From: Octopus sinensis
Lineage: Eukaryota
Length of the DNA: 63,979 nucleotides
Direction: 5' to 3'
Assembly: GCF_006345805.1 (NCBI RefSeq)
Contig: NC_043001.1
Location: 76,074,001 to 76,137,979 of the forward strand
A model generated the notes under the pieces. That model saw only the letters and a program-made list of their open reading frames with translations, was not told the DNA's origin and made no database searches. The position numbers were made by a program, and so were the translations under genes. The stretch's first letter is position 1, and each line of letters begins with the position of its first letter. Of this stretch, positions 56,468 to 63,979 are shown one piece after another.

Positions 56468-57562
56468 CGTCGTCGTCGTTGTTGTCGTTGTTGTGTTGTT
56501 GTTGTTGTTGTTGTTCAACCCTTAGCCAATTCTGATTGAGCAAACCAATGATAATAAGATATTCTAGAAGTGCCCATCAAGTCTTCTAAGGTACGACTAC
56601 TGTACATTATATTATGTGTCTTTTCCTTGTTAAGACAGTGGGAAGCGATTTTGAGGAGATTTATTCTATTTCTAATAGATTAAGAGACCGGGTAGCGAGT
56701 GGATTCTAATGTTGATACAAATATACACTTTTAGGCATATGTAAATTTTTCGAGAAGCGGACCGCTTGATACCTGGTTCAACATCAAGCATCAAGACAAT
56801 TTTTGATTTTTCCTAGGGCGTGCCATTCAGAAAGCTATGTTGGCCTCATGTTGCTCGAGGGCCGCTAGTTGCTCATAATAAAAGCAATACTATAAAGTTT
56901 ATAGTATTGCTATCGTTATTATCAACTAGCGGCAGCAACAACACCAGCAGTGGGGGCGCAATGGCCCAGTGCTTAGGGCAGCGGACTCGCGGTCGTAAGA
57001 ACGCGGTTTCGATTCCCAGACCGGGCATTGTGAGTGTTTGTTGAGCAAAAACACCTAATCTCCACGAGGCTCCGGCGGGGTGGTTGTAGTGAACCCCGCT
57101 GTACTCTTTCACCACAACTTTCTCTCACTCTTTCTTCCGACTTCTGCCACAAAGCAGAGAAACCATAGTATAACCCACTATGGTGTGGTAAACTTTCAGA
57201 CCCTAGTCTAGATTGCAAATCCTCTGTACCCCAGGGTGGTTCAGCTCTCCACCCGTTACAAGCTACCGTTTCGCGCCCGTATCACCACCAGTCTATCGCG
57301 TGTGGTGGGTGGATCTTCAAGTTGCCACACGCATTCTTAGTAGCTTGGAGTAGGCTCGAATTAAAGATTATTCTTTGTGGCTAAAGGCGTGAGTCCTGAT
57401 TAGAAGAAGAAGAAGAAGAGAAGAAGAAGAAGAAGAAGAAGAAGAAGAAGAAGAAGAAGAAGAAGAGGACAGTGGTTTCTAATTTAGGCACAATGCCGGC
57501 AGTTGCATGGGGTAGAGACAAGCAAATACCATTGACCCTCGTACTTGATTAATGTTGAGATC

Positions 57563-57780
57563 GATCTGCTCATAGATATGTCAATCCGAGCAGACTGCAA
57601 TACTTCTGTGAATACGTCTGAAAATTAAGTAAATGCAATGACCTTGAAACAGAAATCTCAAAACCGTAGCATCTAAGAACAACTATACTTGTGATCATCA
57701 GAGTTTTGAGGATAATATCAAATGGCTCTCTTTAATACTATGGTCAAATACTTGGAAATCCAAAAGTATCAGGACTATTT
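57563..57780 (+). mobile_element. Decayed R4/Dong-like endonuclease fragment
   Basis: Reads approximately LLIDMSIRADCNTSVNTSEN...NDLETEISK, similar to 28519-28890. Confidence 0.55.
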
Positions 57781-58103
57781 TTCTCGTGAGCACAACTACA
57801 TTCTAAGAAAAACAGTGTGAAGCTGAGAATATGCTAATCTTTCCAAGTCTTTTAAAATCACAGATATAACAACAAACTGTTCAAAAATCTTAATTCTCAG
57901 TATTCAGTCTCATTTCCCTGCAATATATCATCACGACTCATAAGTAAAACCTAAAATGAAATGTTTGACTTGCTGTTTCTTGAAATTTCTGCGAGACTTT
58001 ATTAATAATCTCTATCTTTATTAATAATCTTAATCTTTATTAATAATCTCTACCTGGCCCTCTGTCAAAATCTGAAACCAATATTAAAAATCTATATATG
58101 TTT

Positions 58104-58975
58104 TATTGGGTTAGCCAAAATTACGTTCGGCTTTTGTCGATACTAAACTTCAAGCATTTTAATAAGTAGCTAACTTCAGTCAGTCCTTTGCGCATGCACA
58201 ACGCAACGTAGCTCGACGCGAACTTGCTACGAGTTAGGTTGTATTTTGTGTGCTTTGGATCACCCTGAAAATGGAGAACCAAAAACGAGCATTATCGACC
58301 CCATGCTTTTTTTATTATTTTAAAAAGACAAGAAAGCGACCGAAACCTACAGGTAGGTACGCTGTGTGTGCAAAGAGGATGCTCTTACTGAACCTGTTTT
58401 CTAGAATTGCTTCTCAAGATTTCGATCGAGAATTTTTTCGTTTTAGTATGCACTTTGCTCTAGCCGGCCAACTGAGATTAACAGTTACACCAAGCCCAAT
58501 TATACGACCAGGATGGTCGCATATCTCCAAATATCCGAATGGAGTGTTGAAAAACATCTGCATCAACTTGATTACATCATCAGGCTCGAAGTTTGGATCT
58601 CATATCAATTGATTGAGGCTAACCTCGCCCGACGGATTTCCATCTGTTATTCGTTGCAGAAACATAAAGAAAATGGTCTTTTAAAGAGAATGGTGACAGG
58701 GGACGAAAAATGAATTGTCTTTAACAATGTGAAGCGCAAAAGATCATAGATCCTCTAAAGCAGAACTTTACTTGAAGTAGGTTATGTTCTGAATTTGATC
58801 GGACTGGAAGCGTGTTGTCTTTTACGAGCTTCGGCCGACGGACAGGTCTATTAGTTCGGATGTACGTATAAATAGCAATAGTTGTGGGAGGAGTTGCACA
58901 AAATTTAACTACATTTATCTTACGGCAATAAATATTTTTCTTTTGTATAAAGACCAAGAATTTTGGTGACAATTA
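58104..58975 (+). mobile_element. Decayed mariner transposon
   Basis: HLHQLDYIIRLEVWISYQL...LKRMVTGDEK. The start TATTGGGTT resembles a TIR. Confidence 0.75.
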
Positions 58976-59199
58976 AATTCTTATTATTGCATGTATGCCA
59001 TATTTCCTGCTATTACACCCAGTGTTCTCCCAAATCTCCCCGTCATACGACAGGCGATGCTCTAGTAGTAGTAGTAGTAGTTGTAGTAGTAGTAGTAGTA
59101 GTATAGTAGTAGTAGTAGTAGTAGCAGCAGCAGCAGCAGCAATGACATTAGGATAATTTTTTTCTTATTGAGTCTGTTAGAAGGGGTAGTACCCTTGAC

Positions 59200-59950
59200 C
59201 TTTGAAAGCCTCTTTGAAAAAGGTGACGTTAAAGCAGTTAATAATCTTCCGTTTAAACCGTTGTGGAAAAGGCATGCGTAGGGAGGAAATTCGAGAGGAC
59301 CGATGTTCTGGGGAGGAGGAGAACTGGATATCGTAGTTAGTCTGAGGAATTGAAGGTTTTGACACAATAGCGAGGAAGAAGAGGTTGTGAAATGAGTAGT
59401 AGGTAATGTTTGCGTGTTGGAGATACCAGACCAACCAGCTCTAAGGAAACAGAGGACTTCGTGGTAATGACAGAGAAACCAGAAACTGAAGATAGCGTGC
59501 CACTTGTTTTTACGTTCTCAGAACAAATCAAGTCAAGGTCGACTTGACCTTTAATGTTTCCGTGTGTGTTCATTCGTGATTAAATGCCGATCGATTGAGT
59601 AGTCCTTATCTAGCTGTTGTCTTGGAGCTCTATATGCGTAACACTACCAGCCCAGTCAGAGGAACAATGGTGCATTGTGAACGCCAGTTGAAAGTGTCGG
59701 GAATTGTAAGGGACTAAAATATTTTATGTCTGAAAAGAAAGGGCAGTCTGTGGGATTCAATCTAAGTAATGTTAAGGATGTGCTTTCACAAGTGAGATTC
59801 TCGATATTACATATCGCCCAATATTTTGAGTGACTTTCAGGACCCTGTTTGAGTGCCTCTCGTGTTTAGGTAAGAGAGAGAAAGTGCTTTTTTGGTAGAA
59901 GTATTGCATTTGTTTGATCAACAGAACTAGATACTCGTTGAAGCGATCTT
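59200..59950 (-). mobile_element. Highly decayed CR1/Jockey-type LINE 3' region
   Basis: Fragmentary motifs HCSSDWAG, SLELVGLVSP, RYCVK and PRTSVL.NFLPTHAF on the minus strand. Confidence 0.5.
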
Positions 59951-60287
59951 CACTTCACAATAATTTACATATAATCTAGGCACAAAGCCCGAAATTTTGG
60001 GGGAGGGAGCCAGTCAATTAGATCGACCCCAATACGTAACTGGTACTTAATTTATCGACCCCGAAAGGATGAAAGGCAAAGTCGACATCGGTGAAATTTG
60101 AACTCAGAACGTAAAGGCAGACGAAATACCGCTATTTCGCCCGGCGTGTTAACCTTTCTGCCAGCTCGCTGCCTTACATATGCAAATAATATCGGTGCAG
60201 GCGTAGCTGTGTGGTTGCAAAGCTTGGTTCCCAGCCTTGAGGTCTTGGGTTTGGGTTTATTCCAACTGCGCAGCACCTTGTTAGATA

Positions 60288-60334
<47 letters not shown>

Positions 60335-60609
60335 GGGGAGCTACGTGTGTACTAAGGTTGATTTGTTCGACTAAACTCTTGAAGGTGGTACCCCTTCATG
60401 GGCGCAGTTCAATGAGTAAAACAAGTAAAAGATACATATATATGTGTGTGTGTATGTATATGAATATATAATATGTTTACACAAACATGTAAATATATAC
60501 ACGTAAATATTTATACATGTAATATTTATACACACACATACACATATGTGCATATATAGTATATATATATTATGTATGTATGTATGTATGTATATGTATT
60601 ATGTATGTA

Positions 60610-60674
<65 letters not shown>

Positions 60675-62417
60675 TATAATATAATAGTTAATCCAAACAT
60701 GAAAACACAACAACGCGAGGACGTGGAACAAGTAAGTGTTATTGGACGCTCAGGAAAGGAAAGATATATATATAATAATATTATATATATATTCATACAT
60801 CATACATGAATCCATACTTACATCCATACATACATTCCTGCATGCATACATACATACATTCATGCGTACATATTTGTACCTAATTTCATATAAACTTACA
60901 TAGATGGATACATACATGCATGCATACATCCATACACATATACATGTGCATATATACATCCATGCGTATATAATTCTGCACAAATCCTCATAAAAGCAGA
61001 ATGTATAATATTGAAAGCCTACATTCAAAGGTAAGACGAAGTAGTAAACGTTAAGTATATAACTGTATCCAAGCGAATTAGCATTTAAGTCCCAGACTGT
61101 TTGAAATTCTAGCCAAGAGGTGAAGGGTTTCAGGGTAGCGACAACAGGTTTTTGTTTGAACAACATGTTCCGCTGTCAAGCTGACGGCCCTGGGGTTGCG
61201 AAGAGATGACGATAAAATGGGTGGTAAGGTTGGATGGTGCCAGGGATAAAAAGACTGAACAGAGAACAAAACGTTGGAGAATATTGTAATATCTACGGAA
61301 TTGAATTACATTTGTACTAGGGAATGAGTGAAATGATACCGGTGGAGGGAGAGAGAGCGAGACAAAAACAGAGAGAGATAGGGTGAGGCTGAGCGATTAA
61401 GAAGAAGAGAGAGAGTGGAGTAAGACATGCAGAGGCTTAAATTGAAAAATTGGCAAGGCTGTGAGATGTGTGAGTGAAAGGGGGAGTTAGGTTGAGTGTG
61501 AGACCACCCAGTTTGGTTGTGAGCTAACTCTATCTATTATACTCCCACTAACTCTCCACCTCCTACTCCTTTATACTCTTCTGCACTTTTTTGTTCGCCA
61601 TTGTTGTTATCATTGTTATTGCAGTGCTTAAAAAACTGTATCGCTGTTGCTGTTGGTATTTAACCCGAGGTCAGCCTTCATTAAGTTGCAGCAGACCTGT
61701 GATAAAAGGCATTCGAGTAGTGACCATCTCGTCTAGTATTCAGACATAATGTATCAAGGACTATATTATCCAATGTGACGTTCTTTTTTTAAGATAGGAG
61801 AATGTAATTTCAGGGTTATTTGGTTACTATTTCTAACAAATCCAGTAACTAAATACAGACTCCATTGTTGATCCGAGTATCACACTTTTAATACTCGGAT
61901 CAACAATACGCCCGAGTTAATGGTATTTTAAAACGCCACATCGAACTTACACTCTATTTCAAATAACGTAATAGAGTTTTCCTTCATTGACAGCATCTAA
62001 AGTTATTAATTAACGGACAAGATTGAGTAAGCGCTATGAACATGCTAATTCGGATTCCATTCGAATTTTAAGTAGTATCAATTTCAATTCCACTTCTATT
62101 ATATTTGTAAATCTGGTTTCTATTTTACGATGATTGTACTACTATTATATCTAGATATCTGGGGTCATATTTAACTATGGTTGTATTCAAAAGAATTAGA
62201 GCATATGTAGTCAGTAAACATATTTCTTTATTACCCACAAGGGGCTAAACACAGAGGGGACAAACAAGGACAGACATAGGTATTAAGTCGATTACATCGA
62301 CCCCAGTGCGTAACTGGTACTTAATTTATCGACCCCGAAAGGATGAAAGGCAAAGTCGACCTCGGCGGAATTTGAACAGTATACAGCTACACACATTAAA
62401 TATATTATAATACATGC

Positions 62418-62472
<55 letters not shown>

Positions 62473-62547
62473 GTATATATATATATGAATATGTATATAT
62501 ATGTATGTATATACATCTATACATATATGTGTTTGTGTGTGTGTGTG

Positions 62548-63428
62548 TACAGGCTACGGTGAATATATTGTCGTCTAAATTACGTAAAAATGAAAATAAC
62601 ACTGACATTTCATTTTAATAGATATATTTACCAAAATTACATTAAAATATCTTGAAATACTAAAGAGTAAATTTATTCATTAAAATTGCCATTTGCTTTA
62701 ACCACGGCCTCCAGACGACTTCGGAATCTCCTGCAAATCTTCTGGACGGTCTCCTTGTAAGTTGGTGAATGCTATCATAATCCTTACCTTTAGTTCATCT
62801 TTGGTGTTACAAGAATCTTTGTTGGTCTCTTGCTCATCTGAGCCCCAAACATAATAATAAAGTGGCTTATAGGCTGGGGAGTTAGATGGCCAAATGTTAC
62901 GAGTGATGTGGTCGTAGATATTGTCTAACAACCATGACTGGGTCCTCCTGTTTGTGTGACATGGTGCAGACTTTTGTTGCCAGACATAGGGTCTTCCAAC
63001 AGCCACCTTCTTGATACAGGGCAGCACTATTTCTTCCAGGCACTTGATGTAGGACTTTGTGCTGAGTGAGGGGTAGTGTGAGAATATGAATAGAGGTATA
63101 ACGTCACCAAAACTAGTGATCACTGAAAACACCATGATGTTGACTGGATATTTGATTTTTATCACTCTCGGTACTTGTTTTGGGGACACGGCAAGCCAAC
63201 GGTTGTTCTGTATGTTCACTGTCTGTTCGTATTGGGCCTCCAGCACGAATGACAAATACAGCGTGTCGTTTCCAAATTTCTGGCAGAGTGAATTACGTCA
63301 TGGTGCTACTTTGCCTGCAGACGGTGTCCAACTGACCCTACCATACTGTGTAGTCGACAACATCAAAACCAAACAATGCGCATGCGCAAAATTAAAAATA
63401 TAAAATGGCGACAATTTACCCATCGCAC
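62548..63428 (-). mobile_element. Internally deleted Tc1/mariner-superfamily transposon (maT/DD37D-like)
   Basis: NIQNNRW...IMVFSVITS.G...YVWQQKSAPCHT...TQSWL...IWPSNSP..KPLYYYVWG. Confidence 0.75.
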
Positions 63429-63429
63429 T

Positions 63430-63979
63430 TTTCAATTGCATGAAATAAAAGTCGGAGGGGGACGGGATGAACTACATGCATCAACGTCTTATAAAAGCTG
63501 GTAGTAATTTCACCTTCCACTTATTCTTAGTGCAAGTTTTGAAGAAAGCAGTTCGATTTTAACAATTACTTTTTCAAAGCTATAATGTAATGACAAAGGA
63601 GCATATTCGGCATATTTTGCTTTATGAGTTCAATAAAGGCAACAACGCAAAGGAAAGTGTGAAGAATATTAATGCAACATATGGAGATCGGACAATAAGC
63701 ATAAGCCAGTATCAACGGTGGTTCCAGAAATTCCAAGCCAGAAACTGCAGATTAGAAGACGTGTCTCATCCTTAAAGATCTGTAGAGCTCGACGATGACG
63801 ACCTGCAAACTCTGGTGGAACAAAATCCCATCGTAGCTGTTGAGCAACAGGCAGAGAAGCTTGGATTTGGTCATTCAACCATTCATCGACACCTGCGTGC
63901 CACCGGAAGAGTCAACAATTTGGGCCAATGGGTTCCTCACAAACTTTCCGAGTCTAATCCATGCTGTCAGTGAATGTGT
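63430..63979 (+). mobile_element. 5' part of a mariner of the same family as 29810-31102, truncated by the window end
   Basis: MTKEHIRHILLYEFNKGNNAKE...QRWFQKFQA, and GQWVPHKL near 63922. Confidence 0.85.

Overview
AT-rich, microsatellite- and repeat-saturated animal genomic DNA. The recurrent tRNA-derived SINE families suggest an octopus (coleoid cephalopod); this is an inference. Only one convincing host coding segment is present: a 639-bp phase-1/phase-1 exon (23670-24308, +) encoding a beta-rich extracellular-type domain, so most of the window is probably intronic or intergenic. The rest is SINEs, decayed Tc1/mariner copies, MITEs, a probable solo LTR, RTE and CR1-like LINE fragments, a cluster of (TAA)n-associated R4/Dong-like retrotransposon 3' ends, and Penelope-like element (PLE) GIY-YIG fragments. 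The most striking unannotated signal is a dense set of minimal type I hammerhead-ribozyme-like motifs. There are about 15 copies from roughly 10 unrelated sequence families, with short and usually palindromic stem III, variant cores (CUGANGA, CCGANGA, GUGAAGA, CUGUNGA) and stem II regions of about 12-100 nt. Many sit inside long inverted or direct pseudo-LTR-like duplications embedded in (TA)n tracts. All structures and coordinates were read by eye, and repeat boundaries are approximate.
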